Source of the DNA: an uncultured virus (IMG/VR IMGVR_UViG_3300035191_000065)
Lineage: Duplodnaviria; Heunggongvirae; Uroviricota; Caudoviricetes
DNA: 64,000 nucleotides
Reading direction: 5' to 3' (one strand)
IMG/VR virus record: IMGVR_UViG_3300035191_000065
Under the pieces are notes generated by a model, which saw only the letters and a list, made by a program, of their open reading frames with translations, ran no database searches and was not told the DNA's origin. A program made the position numbers and the translations under genes. This document shows positions 19,342 through 29,816 of the stretch, piece by piece; the stretch's first letter is position 1; each line of letters starts with the position of its first letter.

Positions 19342-19896
19342 TTATTGTAGCGGAGGCATCCCCGTCTGTCCCGCTCCCTGCTGTTGAGGGACGAAACTCA
19401 TGGTGTCGAGGTTGAGCACCCAGCCTTGAGGGACGTTGAAACGCTTCCCGAGTCGCCGCACGATGGAATTGAAATCCGTCCGCAGCTCGGAAGCCTTCTC
19501 TTCGATCTGCTTCATCGCACTATGAAACTGAATCGCGTTTTGACCGGCCTGCCGTTCGAGTTGGCCGATCTCATCCATGACCATCTTCAGGTCTTCTGCA
19601 GCGTCGGGAGAGATTGGAATGCCTGGAGAAGCAGCGGGGGGCTCGGGCTCTTTGGCCTCACCATCGGTCTTGCCATCGGCTTCAGCCTCGGGCGGCGTTT
19701 CGCCTTCGCCGTTGCCGCCAACGATCTTCGGCTCTTTGTCGCCCTTCTCCAAGACAGCGACCTTCCCGCCTACCGCTCGCTTCTGGATTTCTTCGAGTGC
19801 TCCACCTGGGCCTGTCGGCGGCGGCGTCACCTGCGCCTTCGGTGGGGTCTGAGCTTCTTCCTTTTTTTCCGTCGCCTTGGTCTCTTCCTCTGCCAT
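19342..19896 (-). CDS. Hypothetical protein, acidic/Pro-rich with coiled coil
   Basis: GAGGT SD; 184 aa. Confidence 0.65.
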   Translation of the reverse strand: MAEEETKATEKKEEAQTPPKAQVTPPPTGPGGALEEIQKRAVGGKVAVLEKGDKEPKIVGGNGEGETPPEAEADGKTDGEAKEPEPPAASPGIPISPDAAEDLKMVMDEIGQLERQAGQNAIQFHSAMKQIEEKASELRTDFNSIVRRLGKRFNVPQGWVLNLDTMSFVPQQQGAGQTGMPPLQ

Positions 19897-20473
19897 TTTG
19901 ACCTACCTCGCGTTTTGACGTTGCGGTTTTGGGATGGCGCCATTCTGCAATATGGCATCTGCAACGTCAAGGTTTTTGCATCGTCAGGATGACTGACAAC
20001 CCTCGGGTCTCTAGCTCTCCGAAATGTTTCTGCCTCTCCCTTTAGCAATCTGGGGGTCTGGGACAGCAACCCTCTCGGTCTTCAGCTCCCCGAAAGGTTA
20101 GTGGTCGACCCCAAGTTCAGCACAAGGGGCTTCTGCTTAGCTCAAACCTCAGTGGGGACCTCAGCCCTGCTGACAGCTCCAGCATGTCCTTTTCTTAGCA
20201 AGGTCTGGCCTACTACTTGCTGATTAAAATACCAAGAACACTGTTCAAGTATTTCATGCCCCTAAGATCTTTAAGTAACAGTACCTAGGCTTTTGCTCTT
20301 AGTTAGGGGCATCATACTACTAGGCATGTACGACTTACTTAAATCTTAACGACACACTCAGAGCAGCCGACGACCCAACACCAAACGAGGGGGGATCTGC
20401 ATTCTTTTTGACCGGGGGGTTTTAAAATTCTGTCGTGACGTGTTTCAGGCGATTGTTGGGTGCCTGCGGAAGC

Positions 20474-21214
20474 TCAAGCGGTAGCCCAGTCGCGGCTCCA
20501 CGGTGAACAGGCAATAGCTTGCTGGGCCACTTGTCTGGTGCCGTGGGCGCCGAGAATCTGCACGGGGTCGGATCCGTACTGCCACTCTTTGTCGGTACTG
20601 ACGGTTTGGCGCATTCGCCGCTGGTGAGGCAGGCGCTCCTGACCGTAACCATGGGTACTGAAGTGAAGGTGGATACCCATGTTGGCGAAGTGACGGCAGC
20701 GACGGTCCATAGGGCCACCCATCTGGAAGCGCTCGCTGGGGATGCTTCCAGTTCCAGAGGTGCGCCCCATCGTTCCGATGGGTGAGCCGCCCATGACCAG
20801 CATCCCTTGGGTCACAGCTCGTTCATTGAGATGTGCGTAGAAGCTCGTCGTTCCATCGACGTGCCGAAGAAGGATGCATTCCCCATAGCCATTGCCTTGG
20901 TCGCTGTGCTCGACGAGCCCTGTGCGCATCGCCCGAACGACTGTCCCTTGAGGCCCACATAGGTCGATGCCGCCATGAGGGCGTTGCACACCTTCACTGG
21001 TGGTTCGCATTCCCCAACCGCGTGAGAAGCGACCGTTGTCTACAATGTGCGGCCCCCAGCGATCACGAAGGCCGTGTCCTTCGGTGTACTGCATGACGAA
21101 CGAGCCATCGGTGATGCCAGCGTACTGCCCTTCCATGAGGCGGACCATCAGCATCGCGGCTGCAGAACCTGTGACGCCAACGACGCCGAGAACCTGTGCG
21201 ATTGGGGGTGGCAT
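20474..21214 (-). CDS. M23 family peptidase (putative endolysin) with N-terminal membrane anchor
   Basis: HGGIDL, GYG, FYAHL, IG.MG.T, HLHF motifs; AGGAGG SD. Confidence 0.85.
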   Translation of the reverse strand: MPPPIAQVLGVVGVTGSAAAMLMVRLMEGQYAGITDGSFVMQYTEGHGLRDRWGPHIVDNGRFSRGWGMRTTSEGVQRPHGGIDLCGPQGTVVRAMRTGLVEHSDQGNGYGECILLRHVDGTTSFYAHLNERAVTQGMLVMGGSPIGTMGRTSGTGSIPSERFQMGGPMDRRCRHFANMGIHLHFSTHGYGQERLPHQRRMRQTVSTDKEWQYGSDPVQILGAHGTRQVAQQAIACSPWSRDWATA

Positions 21215-21631
21215 GCTATCCCTCCTTTAAAATTGACCCTTGTTTTCCCACAACAGGGAGCCCTGCCATCCTACCATATTCGTCCTCAGGATTCATTTCC
21301 AGCGCACCAGGAGGGATCTGCAATTTTTCCAACAAAATTAATGGGCTGTTAGAGAAATAATGCCGTCCTCAGGATTAATTAAGTTGACGCGGCGGTGCGA
21401 TCTCAGGCAGTCTGTTCGGACGGGTTATATGAAATCTCAACAACCGAAAGGTGAAAAGCAAACGTAAGATAATCGAACGCAGCAAGGCCTCGGGTGCCGT
21501 CCGCTAAGGTGGAACCCCATCTTTTCCTTTTGCCTTTCGGTTGGAAAAGATGAGATTTCATATAAACCCCCGCCATCTTGGCGGCGGGCACGCGGGACCT
21601 TGCTGCCTTTTTAATAGGGGACTGTGGTTCT

Positions 21632-23146
21632 ATGACAGCGCGAGCGGAAAACAAGGCCGATCCAGGCCGTCGTAGGATTATTAAATCCGCGCACGAAAAG
21701 AACCTACCCCCAGCACCCCGCAAAGAAACAATCGAGCTGGTCTCACCGAACGAGATCAAGGCTCACCCGCGCAACCAGCAAATTTACGGTGACGAGCCGG
21801 ATAAAGACCTGATCTCGGATATCAGTAAGCGCGGCATGATCGAGCCCATCGTTGTCGATCGTGCAACGTGCTTCATCATTTCCGGTCGCCGTCGCCATAA
21901 AGCCGCCATCACCCTGAAGATGCCGACAGTTCCGGTCGTCTGGCGTGACTACGAGACCGACGACGAGACCGTTGAGGCCATCGTCATGCACAACGCTTAC
22001 CGGCGTAAGTCGGAGCGTCAGATCATGATGGAGGTCGAGGCGATCTGGGACAAAGAGTTCGAGAAGAACAAGGAGCGGCAAGCAGAAGGTGGTCGCAAGG
22101 GGCGCCGCGGACCAGCAAGCGTCTACCGAAAGTCGGATGACACAGAGATTGAGATCGAACATCCTGAGGACGACGAGGATCGGGAAGAGGGCGGACTGAG
22201 GATCGCCAAGAAGCCCAAGCCGAAACGTCGTTTGACTCGCAACGAAGTCGGCAAGGCCATCGGTCAGCCGCCGATGAAAGTTGCGCGTGCTGCTGCAATT
22301 ATAAATCAGGCCAAGGAAGAACTTGGCGAAAACTGGATGGAACATCCCGCGGTGCAGGCAGTTTTCAAGGGTGAGTCATCGATCAATAGCGCCGCTCTTG
22401 CGATGCATAAGCAGAAGCGCGAAGACAAGCTGATCGAAGAAGCTAAAAGTATCAAGAGCATCGATGCTGATATTCGATGTCAAGATCATATCAACGATAT
22501 TGAAAGAGAATCGGTAGATCACATCATTGTCGATCCCGACTACAAAGAGGACACTGGCTACGGTGACCGGCTCGAAGAGACCGAGGCGCTCGACGTCTTT
22601 GAGGACTGGAACAGCGAACTGAAGCTGGATGAGGTTTCAGTCTGGGCGCACGAGTGGGCGCGCGTCATCAAGACGGGCGGGAATATCGCTGTTTTTTGTG
22701 ACGAGCGCTACGTGAGCTTTATTCGTGAGGCTCTGATAAGCAACGGCTTCGACATGGTACAGGTTGTAACCTGGCACCTAACAAATCCCGACACTGGCTC
22801 GAAGAAAACAACGTTTTTGGATACGTGTCAGTTTATCGTGACGGCCTGCATGGGCGCTGATAAGCGCAACGCCTTCCATTGGAAGGGTCCCAAGCAGATG
22901 CACAACTTCATTGAAGGTGCGACCGTCAAGGGGCGCAAGGCTCTTCGGCACCTAGGGGAGCGTCCCGAGTTTGTGCTCAAGTGGCTCGTTGAGAGGCTTA
23001 CAAATCCTGGCGACCTCGTCCTCGACAACTTCGCCGGCACTGGCACTACTGGCTTGGCCTGTAAACGGCTGAAGAGAAACTTCATCCTTGTCGAGAGGGA
23101 ACCGAAGAATGTCGAAATCATAAAGGCGAGGCTGTCAAAACGGTGA
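21632..23146 (+). CDS. ParB-like N-terminal domain fused to an N6A/N4C DNA methyltransferase (motif IV is DPDY)
   Basis: EPIVV...IISGRRR.KA; IIVDPDY; TNPGDLVLDNFAGTGTT. Confidence 0.85.
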   Translation: MTARAENKADPGRRRIIKSAHEKNLPPAPRKETIELVSPNEIKAHPRNQQIYGDEPDKDLISDISKRGMIEPIVVDRATCFIISGRRRHKAAITLKMPTVPVVWRDYETDDETVEAIVMHNAYRRKSERQIMMEVEAIWDKEFEKNKERQAEGGRKGRRGPASVYRKSDDTEIEIEHPEDDEDREEGGLRIAKKPKPKRRLTRNEVGKAIGQPPMKVARAAAIINQAKEELGENWMEHPAVQAVFKGESSINSAALAMHKQKREDKLIEEAKSIKSIDADIRCQDHINDIERESVDHIIVDPDYKEDTGYGDRLEETEALDVFEDWNSELKLDEVSVWAHEWARVIKTGGNIAVFCDERYVSFIREALISNGFDMVQVVTWHLTNPDTGSKKTTFLDTCQFIVTACMGADKRNAFHWKGPKQMHNFIEGATVKGRKALRHLGERPEFVLKWLVERLTNPGDLVLDNFAGTGTTGLACKRLKRNFILVEREPKNVEIIKARLSKR

Positions 23147-23158
23147 ACGGGGGAGGGG

Positions 23159-24307
23159 ATGGTTCCGAAAGAGAAGCTCTTCTATTTTAAAAGATTTTTC
23201 TGTGGTCGACCGGATGTATACGCTTTTCGTATCGCTGATGGAAGCTACAGACCACGGCGCCTTCCCGAGTACAAGCTAACTAACGACGTAATCGTCCGAC
23301 ATATGAAGGGCGATATCATGATTGGTGCCTATCCCTTCTTGGCTGACGGAACCTGCGAGTGGGTTGCCGCTGACTTCGATGGTCATCACGGTAACGCCTT
23401 CGAACACGCAAAGGCCCTCGCTGACACTTTTAGAGAGTACGGGATCGACCCCCTGTGCAACACCAGCCAGTCAGGGCGTGGCGTTCACGTTCGCATCATC
23501 TTTGACGACCCTCGTGGCGACTTGAAGCCCATGGAGGTCTGGGTGGCCAGGCGCTTCATGGAGGCGTTTATAGAGATGTGCGAGTTGCCGACCCTTGGTG
23601 AGGGTGGCGCACTCGATAGAATTTTCCCAACACAAGACACGCTGCCTGGTGGCCGATCGATCGGTAACCAGATAGCCATGCCGCTCAACATGGAAGCGGC
23701 GAATACACGAAACGGTTCTATGCTGCTCGATCAGCAGTTCAATACCGTCCCTCTCGGCGAGCCGACGTGGGATATGATCGAGCTTTACGATCCAGTAAAT
23801 CGGCTGGACGTGGTTGATGCTCTTGGAGAAATCGGAAGGTTGGATGTGCTGGAGGACAGCCCGGCGAAGAGAAGCCGAGGTGGGTCCTTCGATGGGAGAG
23901 AGAGTTTTCAGGACAGCAACGCCAGTGACCTCGACATGATCATTGGCGGTTGCGAGTTCATTCAGTACGCCTGCGAGAGTGGGCTCACGTACTTCGAATG
24001 GATCGCGTTGGCAGCGAATCTCGCGTGCTACGACCCTCATGGTGGCCGAGCGCTCTTTCACAAGATATCTGCTTGTGACAAGGGCCGCTACAATCACGAA
24101 ACCACAGAAAAAAAGTACGAAAACATCCTTCGCACTATGGGCGGACCCATTACGTGTGAGCGCATCGCTTCAGAAGGATGGCGATGCCCTATGCTTGGGG
24201 AAGATGGTGTCTGCAACAAATTCCGCAACGACTTTGGCCGAGGCCCGCGCGCCCCGGCCTCAATACCGAGGTTTGTAGGGAACGATGTAGCTGACCACGC
24301 GGCGTAG
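23159..24307 (+). CDS. Archaeo-eukaryotic primase (TOTE-type) with C-terminal Cys-containing PriCT/PriL-like domain
   Basis: GRPDVYA, IGAYP, ADFD, SQSGRGVH, IFP.QD, GNQIAMPL; C-terminal PITCERI..CP..C. Confidence 0.85.
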   Translation: MVPKEKLFYFKRFFCGRPDVYAFRIADGSYRPRRLPEYKLTNDVIVRHMKGDIMIGAYPFLADGTCEWVAADFDGHHGNAFEHAKALADTFREYGIDPLCNTSQSGRGVHVRIIFDDPRGDLKPMEVWVARRFMEAFIEMCELPTLGEGGALDRIFPTQDTLPGGRSIGNQIAMPLNMEAANTRNGSMLLDQQFNTVPLGEPTWDMIELYDPVNRLDVVDALGEIGRLDVLEDSPAKRSRGGSFDGRESFQDSNASDLDMIIGGCEFIQYACESGLTYFEWIALAANLACYDPHGGRALFHKISACDKGRYNHETTEKKYENILRTMGGPITCERIASEGWRCPMLGEDGVCNKFRNDFGRGPRAPASIPRFVGNDVADHAA

Positions 24308-24330
24308 CTGTTTGGGGATGGTAGGTTTCG

Positions 24331-27045
24331 GTGAGCAAGGACGCCGCATCGTCGGTGCCGCAAGGTGGTGGTAACTACGCGGCAATAGCGAGCGAGTTTA
24401 AAAAACAGCTCGAAAAATCCGGCGTTAAACCTAAGACTTCCAACAAGTGGAAGCCAAAGGGCTCGTCCAAGCTCAAGCACGTCAATCTTCATGAAACCTT
24501 TGAAGGTGCTTCCAGTAACCTGCATGACCAGATTGTCGGCCTCGCCGACGAGCAGCTCGACAAACCCGTTCTCTTCGTTACGACCCCTGGGATTGGTAAA
24601 ACCGAGGGAGGTATTCATCTCGCATCAAATTTGGCCAAGACGCAGCGCCGTCCGTTCATTGGCGTAACTACTCGCAACATGGCGTGGCAGGTATATGAGC
24701 GGCTGAAGGGTGGATTCTACGGCTACGGTCACATTGTCATCATGCTCGAAGGTCGCCACGATGGATATGTTCGTCGTCGTCTTGACGACGAAGGATATAT
24801 CGAGGAGATCAAGGTCCACGCGAACTGCCACAACTACGACAAAATCTGCAAAGCGAGAGAGAAGGGCTACCCGGCACAGCACTTCGTTTGCGCTCGGTGC
24901 CCGTTCTATCCGCACTACAAGGACAATAACGGAGAAAAGACTGGATTCGGTGGGGCCTGCGAATATTTCAAGAATATTTACAGAGCTGCCGGCTTCGTGC
25001 CGGTGGGTGATGGGGGATGGCAGCCCATCGTCGTGACGACGCACCACATGCTCGGCAACCTGATCTGTGAAGGTGAGATCATGAAGGAGGCGATCGACTT
25101 CGTCCTTATCGACGAGGATCCGCTTCCTGCGTTCCGGGAGATATACGGGTGGAACACCGAGGAGCTTGACCGAGATATTGACGGCGATGCGCTGGTGAAG
25201 TTCAGGGCATTATTGCGTCATGCGCAGAACGTTGCTGATAAGTATCGCTACCTAGCCAATGCTCCGATGAGCTGGATGGCAGACAAGGAAAAGAAGGAGC
25301 CCGGTGGTGCTGAGCTGCTCAAGGCGCTGATTGATTGCAAGGTATTCGACAACAGCATCGTGTGGGGAAAGGCGCTTGCTCTTGTCCTTAAGAAGGCCGC
25401 AGGTGAGCTGGGGGTAGATCTTATCCCGTTACTCAATGAGGCGGCGACGTGTGAGACAGGGGTCAAAAAGGGCGAGTTCAACGACATGCCGGAATGGCGT
25501 TTTCAACGCCTACCGCACCATAAGGAGCCCGACGTCGCCGCAGAGATTCTCAACATCGTCAACCAATCAAACGAGGACAAGGAGACGGCCTATAAGGTGT
25601 CGCTCCGATGGGATGCCTCGACGGGATGGACCTACTTCTGGGACAGCGTTCGGAGGATCAAGTACGGTGGCCCACTTGTCCTACTCGATGCCTACGGCGA
25701 GAAAGAAATTTCTGACCGTGTGTGTAACCGAGAGGTCGAGGTCCGTGAAGTTCATTGCAAGGTGCGAAAGAACGTTACGGTCAAGCGCTACCCTGATGTC
25801 AAGACGTCGCGCGCTGTGATGGACAAGAAAAAGGATCAAATTTTCGATCAGTACGTCGACCCCGAGCTGAGACAGCTCAAGGGGATGAAGGTCTTGTTCT
25901 ACACGCAGAAGCGCTATGCTGAATGGCTCGAAGAGAGGATCAAGGCGAACAAAGACGTCTACGGGATGACAAACTACGTCATCAAGTGGTTTTGGATGGA
26001 CCGTGGTGACGACTCTTACGGCGACTATGACGCAATCGTCATCGTGGGGTCGCCTTTCTCAAACGTCATCGCCGAGCGCAACTTCTGTAACGCTGTCTTC
26101 GCTGGTGAAGAGCCGCTCAATTGGGATACGAAGAAGCCTGGATTTACTCCGGTCGACGATAGGGTTCGGGTACACAAGGAGGCTCGTCAGGAGAAGGAGC
26201 TACTTCAGGCGCTGTTCCGAATTAGACCATCGAAGCCAAGAGAAAAGCCACAAAGGATTGTCATCTTCTCGGCGATGAAACTGAATATCTACCTGGAGAT
26301 GCCAGGCGTCATCAACAAGGTGATGCATCAGCCTGACGTCAATCGGAACGACATCTACAGCTCCATCCATAAGATCTTCAAGGCTGTCGGTGGGTGGACC
26401 GATGCCTTCTCGGCGTTTATCAACCGACATCATCAGTTCGTGAATTGGTGGGAGGTCGGAGGTATCAAGTCCGACCAGGAGTTCTTTACCAGCTACGAGA
26501 GCATGGTTCACATGGTCGCCGTGGTTCGTGCCCAGGGGGTATATCCCGGAGTCCGTCAGCAGTACCTGGAGGAGATGCGAGGAATCGTCCCTCAGATGGT
26601 CAAGTACGGTCGTCGAAACATCCGTATATGGGGAGACTCTGAGAAAGTAGTCGAGGTTCTCGATCAGCTCAAGGCCGCTACTCGTGAGCCTGGTATCGAC
26701 GATGACGAGCACTACGAAGACGATGCCGAGGAGACGGCCCAGGCGCAGCCTGAAGTCGAGTCTCTCCTGCCAGCCCATGTCGATGAGGAGAAGACACCTC
26801 CTCCACAGGAGGAGCACGAAAAACCAGTGAATGAAATGGACTTCGATCTAGACGAGTATGCTGACTCGCTGGTCGATAACATGCCAGACCCGTTCGCTGG
26901 TGGCGGTACGACGCCGCAATATCCTGAGAAAGAGTTTTTCGACAAGTTCTACAAAGACTACAAGGAGGCGCACCAAGCTGCCTCAGGTGATGGAGGGCCG
27001 AGTCCTCCAGATGATGAAGATCCCGGGGCGCCGGATTCTTCCTGA
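24331..27045 (+). CDS. Helicase-like replication protein (divergent SF2-type) with acidic tail
   Basis: Walker A TTPGIGKT, VVTTH, Walker B LIDEDP, QALFRIR; Cys cluster; follows the primase. Confidence 0.7.
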   Translation: MSKDAASSVPQGGGNYAAIASEFKKQLEKSGVKPKTSNKWKPKGSSKLKHVNLHETFEGASSNLHDQIVGLADEQLDKPVLFVTTPGIGKTEGGIHLASNLAKTQRRPFIGVTTRNMAWQVYERLKGGFYGYGHIVIMLEGRHDGYVRRRLDDEGYIEEIKVHANCHNYDKICKAREKGYPAQHFVCARCPFYPHYKDNNGEKTGFGGACEYFKNIYRAAGFVPVGDGGWQPIVVTTHHMLGNLICEGEIMKEAIDFVLIDEDPLPAFREIYGWNTEELDRDIDGDALVKFRALLRHAQNVADKYRYLANAPMSWMADKEKKEPGGAELLKALIDCKVFDNSIVWGKALALVLKKAAGELGVDLIPLLNEAATCETGVKKGEFNDMPEWRFQRLPHHKEPDVAAEILNIVNQSNEDKETAYKVSLRWDASTGWTYFWDSVRRIKYGGPLVLLDAYGEKEISDRVCNREVEVREVHCKVRKNVTVKRYPDVKTSRAVMDKKKDQIFDQYVDPELRQLKGMKVLFYTQKRYAEWLEERIKANKDVYGMTNYVIKWFWMDRGDDSYGDYDAIVIVGSPFSNVIAERNFCNAVFAGEEPLNWDTKKPGFTPVDDRVRVHKEARQEKELLQALFRIRPSKPREKPQRIVIFSAMKLNIYLEMPGVINKVMHQPDVNRNDIYSSIHKIFKAVGGWTDAFSAFINRHHQFVNWWEVGGIKSDQEFFTSYESMVHMVAVVRAQGVYPGVRQQYLEEMRGIVPQMVKYGRRNIRIWGDSEKVVEVLDQLKAATREPGIDDDEHYEDDAEETAQAQPEVESLLPAHVDEEKTPPPQEEHEKPVNEMDFDLDEYADSLVDNMPDPFAGGGTTPQYPEKEFFDKFYKDYKEAHQAASGDGGPSPPDDEDPGAPDSS

Positions 27046-27092
27046 ATCAACCGGCCGCTCCGAGTGAAATGATTCGGGATGGGAAAAGGTGG

Positions 27093-27128
27093 GGGCGCGG
27101 TAGGCGTTGCGAGATGCCTACCGCGCCC
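27093..27128. terminator. Strong hairpin between convergent genes
   Basis: GGGCGCGGTAGGCGT-loop-ATGCCTACCGCGCCC. Confidence 0.7.
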
Positions 27129-27135
27129 AAGGTTG

Positions 27136-27792
27136 TTACGCACCCAGGCAGTTGGAGCAGAGCTGCACAGCAGTAAGCCCCTCGTCTGGGGAGTCGCCAG
27201 TCCAGCAGCTCCAACATAGCGGCTTGCCGCAGTTTTTACAGTGAACGTCTGCGGCGTCACCACAGTCGACACAGTTCGATGACGGGTCCGCCATGACCTC
27301 TTCCGTCAGCTCATGCGTCCTTTGGACTGCGTCTGGGTCCGAAGTGTCATCAACGTCTTTATGTCTGGCGAGGCGCGCAGCTTTGCTCTGGGTTTTCTTG
27401 ATGGTTGCTCGTTTCTTTTTCTGGATTTCCTCCTTGTATTCCTCCACTCCCTCTTTTTTCGTCTTGAGGACGAAGGCATTGATCCCCGTTTCGAGGATGC
27501 TGTTGTAGGTTTCTGCCTCGTCTCCGGTGAGGACGACCATTCCTGCCTGCCTGGCGGCTCGCCGAGCGATGCCTTCCATTGCAGATCGGATGGTGCGAAG
27601 CTCATCTTCAGCCTTGGAGAGGCTGGCGAGAGCAGCCGCTTCGGATGTCTCACGTTCTTCGTCCGAGCTGCACGCTTGCTCCAGGGCAGCGCGACAGACG
27701 CGGCTGAAGTTGATATCCGATCGACCTTCGAGCTTCTTGGCAAGCTCTTCGGGGAGGTAGACAGATTTGTGACGACCGGACTTTTTTGCCAT
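27136..27792 (-). CDS. Putative regulator: N-terminal ribbon-helix-helix and C-terminal zinc finger
   Basis: KSVYLPEELA.....INFSRVCRAAL; CxxC..CxxC..CxxC..CxxC. Confidence 0.65.
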   Translation of the reverse strand: MAKKSGRHKSVYLPEELAKKLEGRSDINFSRVCRAALEQACSSDEERETSEAAALASLSKAEDELRTIRSAMEGIARRAARQAGMVVLTGDEAETYNSILETGINAFVLKTKKEGVEEYKEEIQKKKRATIKKTQSKAARLARHKDVDDTSDPDAVQRTHELTEEVMADPSSNCVDCGDAADVHCKNCGKPLCWSCWTGDSPDEGLTAVQLCSNCLGA

Positions 27793-27805
27793 TGGGGCCT
27801 CCGTT

Positions 27806-29389
27806 CTATTTCTTCAGGCCGTCGATGGCTGCGATCATCGCCTCCGTCTGCCAGGTGAGGAGTTTGGCCGAGGACTGGATGTTCCACAGCTCACTCATCC
27901 AGTCACGGATTGCACTGTCGGTGAATCCAGCCGAGCGTGCCTTCTTAAAGAACGACTTGCGCAAGTCCTTGCTGGCGTTCGACATATCCGCCCCTTCAGG
28001 TGGCTCGATGTCGACATCAGGGAGCTGAGTTCTTTCTTCGTCTTCAGGATTTTCTCCCTGGTCTCCTGGATCATCCTGAGGACTATCGGCAGTTCCGTCG
28101 TCCTTGCTGTCAGAGCCGTCCCCCGACGAATTTTTGCCTTGGTCCTCATCAGGGCTCTGAGCCTTCTCCTGAGGCGGCTGAGCCTCCTCCTGAGGCGCTT
28201 CGCTCTGTCCAGACTCCTCGGTCGGCTCAGGCTCTTCGGTCTTCTCAGGGGCCTTCTCGGCGCTTTCGTCGCCCTGTTGCTTCTTGGACCCGGTCTTCTT
28301 CTTGGGCTCATCAGCCTTCTCCCGCTCCTCCCCGGACACATCTGCGACGACCTCTGGGAGTGCTGCGAGTTCTTCGCCCGTCGCGGAGACGAAGGCAGCG
28401 GCTTCGGTACCATAGTATTCCTGACCGATCGCGACCTGCTCGAAGCGGCTTTCCATGCCAGGCGCTGGAAGCTCCAGGATCTCTTTGGCGGCGATCTGCT
28501 TGCGCATGCTCTCTCTGAGAGCTGTCTGCTCAGCGACGTCACGGAGGAAGTCGTTGATGCTGGCGCGGTGAGTCAGTGTAACGACGTAGACGGTCTGCGG
28601 CTTCTGGTTTGGGCCGGGGCTCACCTTCTTGGGGTAGACCTCCAGCGCCATCGGAACGCCGGCCAGTAGCCCACCAGTGATTTCCCGTACCTGGTTCATG
28701 GCAGCCATGAGCTGGGTGATGGAGTTCATCGAGGTTGTACGGAACTGGTGGATTCCGCCGAGCGTCTTGGCGCGGGCGATCATCACGCGCAGGTTGCCAT
28801 TGGCCTTGCAGGTGACGCCCTTCTTCGGATTGGGTTTGAGGCCCTTCTCGTGAGCAGGGCGCTGGTCAGGCTCGTCATCAGGATGGAGCTTGGCCATGAA
28901 GAGGTTGCAGGGGCATTTGACCTTCGAGACTTCGCCGGTGCGAGGATCGACCCAGTCGGCGCTCTCGGCATCACCGCGGCACCGGCAGCCCTCACGATCG
29001 TAGATGGCCAGCGAGGTTACGAGGTTCTGGTCGGGGTCGTCGAAGGGGAGCGCGACGAGGATGCGGCGCAGCACGCTGTTCTGCTTGCGCAGCTCATCGG
29101 TGGAGATGGTCTGGACTGTCTTCACCAGCTCGCCGCCCTCGTTATAGATTTTCTCGGTATGTTCGGCGACGAGAATGTTGAGCTGGTCACTCATAAGCTT
29201 GTTCATCAGGACATCGTCCTTGATGTAGCCCAGCTCGTCCTGGTCCGTCGTGGTGACGACGAAGTGGTCGAACTTCACCGGTCGCAGGTAGGGACCACCC
29301 TTGTCCGCTGGGCGGTTGACCTTCTTCTTACCCCCGATTTTGATGTGACCCAGGATTGCCATCCTGGTCTGAAGTCCTTTGATACCCAT
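27806..29389 (-). CDS. Gp3-like (recombination directionality factor-like) recombination protein
   Basis: LGHIKIG.K..P.K.DHF, FRTTS.NS, LAGVP..L; start reassigned to MGIKG (AGGAG SD). Confidence 0.65.
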   Translation of the reverse strand: MGIKGLQTRMAILGHIKIGGKKKVNRPADKGGPYLRPVKFDHFVVTTTDQDELGYIKDDVLMNKLMSDQLNILVAEHTEKIYNEGGELVKTVQTISTDELRKQNSVLRRILVALPFDDPDQNLVTSLAIYDREGCRCRGDAESADWVDPRTGEVSKVKCPCNLFMAKLHPDDEPDQRPAHEKGLKPNPKKGVTCKANGNLRVMIARAKTLGGIHQFRTTSMNSITQLMAAMNQVREITGGLLAGVPMALEVYPKKVSPGPNQKPQTVYVVTLTHRASINDFLRDVAEQTALRESMRKQIAAKEILELPAPGMESRFEQVAIGQEYYGTEAAAFVSATGEELAALPEVVADVSGEEREKADEPKKKTGSKKQQGDESAEKAPEKTEEPEPTEESGQSEAPQEEAQPPQEKAQSPDEDQGKNSSGDGSDSKDDGTADSPQDDPGDQGENPEDEERTQLPDVDIEPPEGADMSNASKDLRKSFFKKARSAGFTDSAIRDWMSELWNIQSSAKLLTWQTEAMIAAIDGLKK

Positions 29390-29420
29390 GGTGGTTCTCC
29401 TGTTCTCCTCGGAATTGTGT

Positions 29421-29816
29421 TTATGAGTCCGTGATTGTTCGGTTGAAAGTTTCTTTGATGCAGCCATCGGCACGGACGACCTGGGCCGCTTCAATTTCTC
29501 TGTGCCCCGCGTGAGCCATCCTCATGACGCAGGCGCTCGCAATGGTGTGCCACTGGTTGTACAGGTTCATCATGAAGGTCATGCCTTCGAGGTCTGCGCC
29601 CCCAGAGGAGATTTGCTTGGCGATGGAGTCCATGGACTCCTTCAGGACGCGGTTGGTAGAGATAACCATGGCGATGGCCTCCATGCAGATGAGGCACGGG
29701 TCGTCCATCTCTCGCATCTCCCGTAGACGGTCTTCGAGACTGTCGATGGCTTCGACGTGCTGGTGCCACTCTCCGAGTAGCTCCAGAGCGGTTTTTTCCT
29801 TTTCGTCGTCTTGCAT
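29421..29816 (-). CDS. Hypothetical protein
   Basis: Start overlaps the upstream stop; CxxC. Confidence 0.55.
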   Translation of the reverse strand: MQDDEKEKTALELLGEWHQHVEAIDSLEDRLREMREMDDPCLICMEAIAMVISTNRVLKESMDSIAKQISSGGADLEGMTFMMNLYNQWHTIASACVMRMAHAGHREIEAAQVVRADGCIKETFNRTITDS

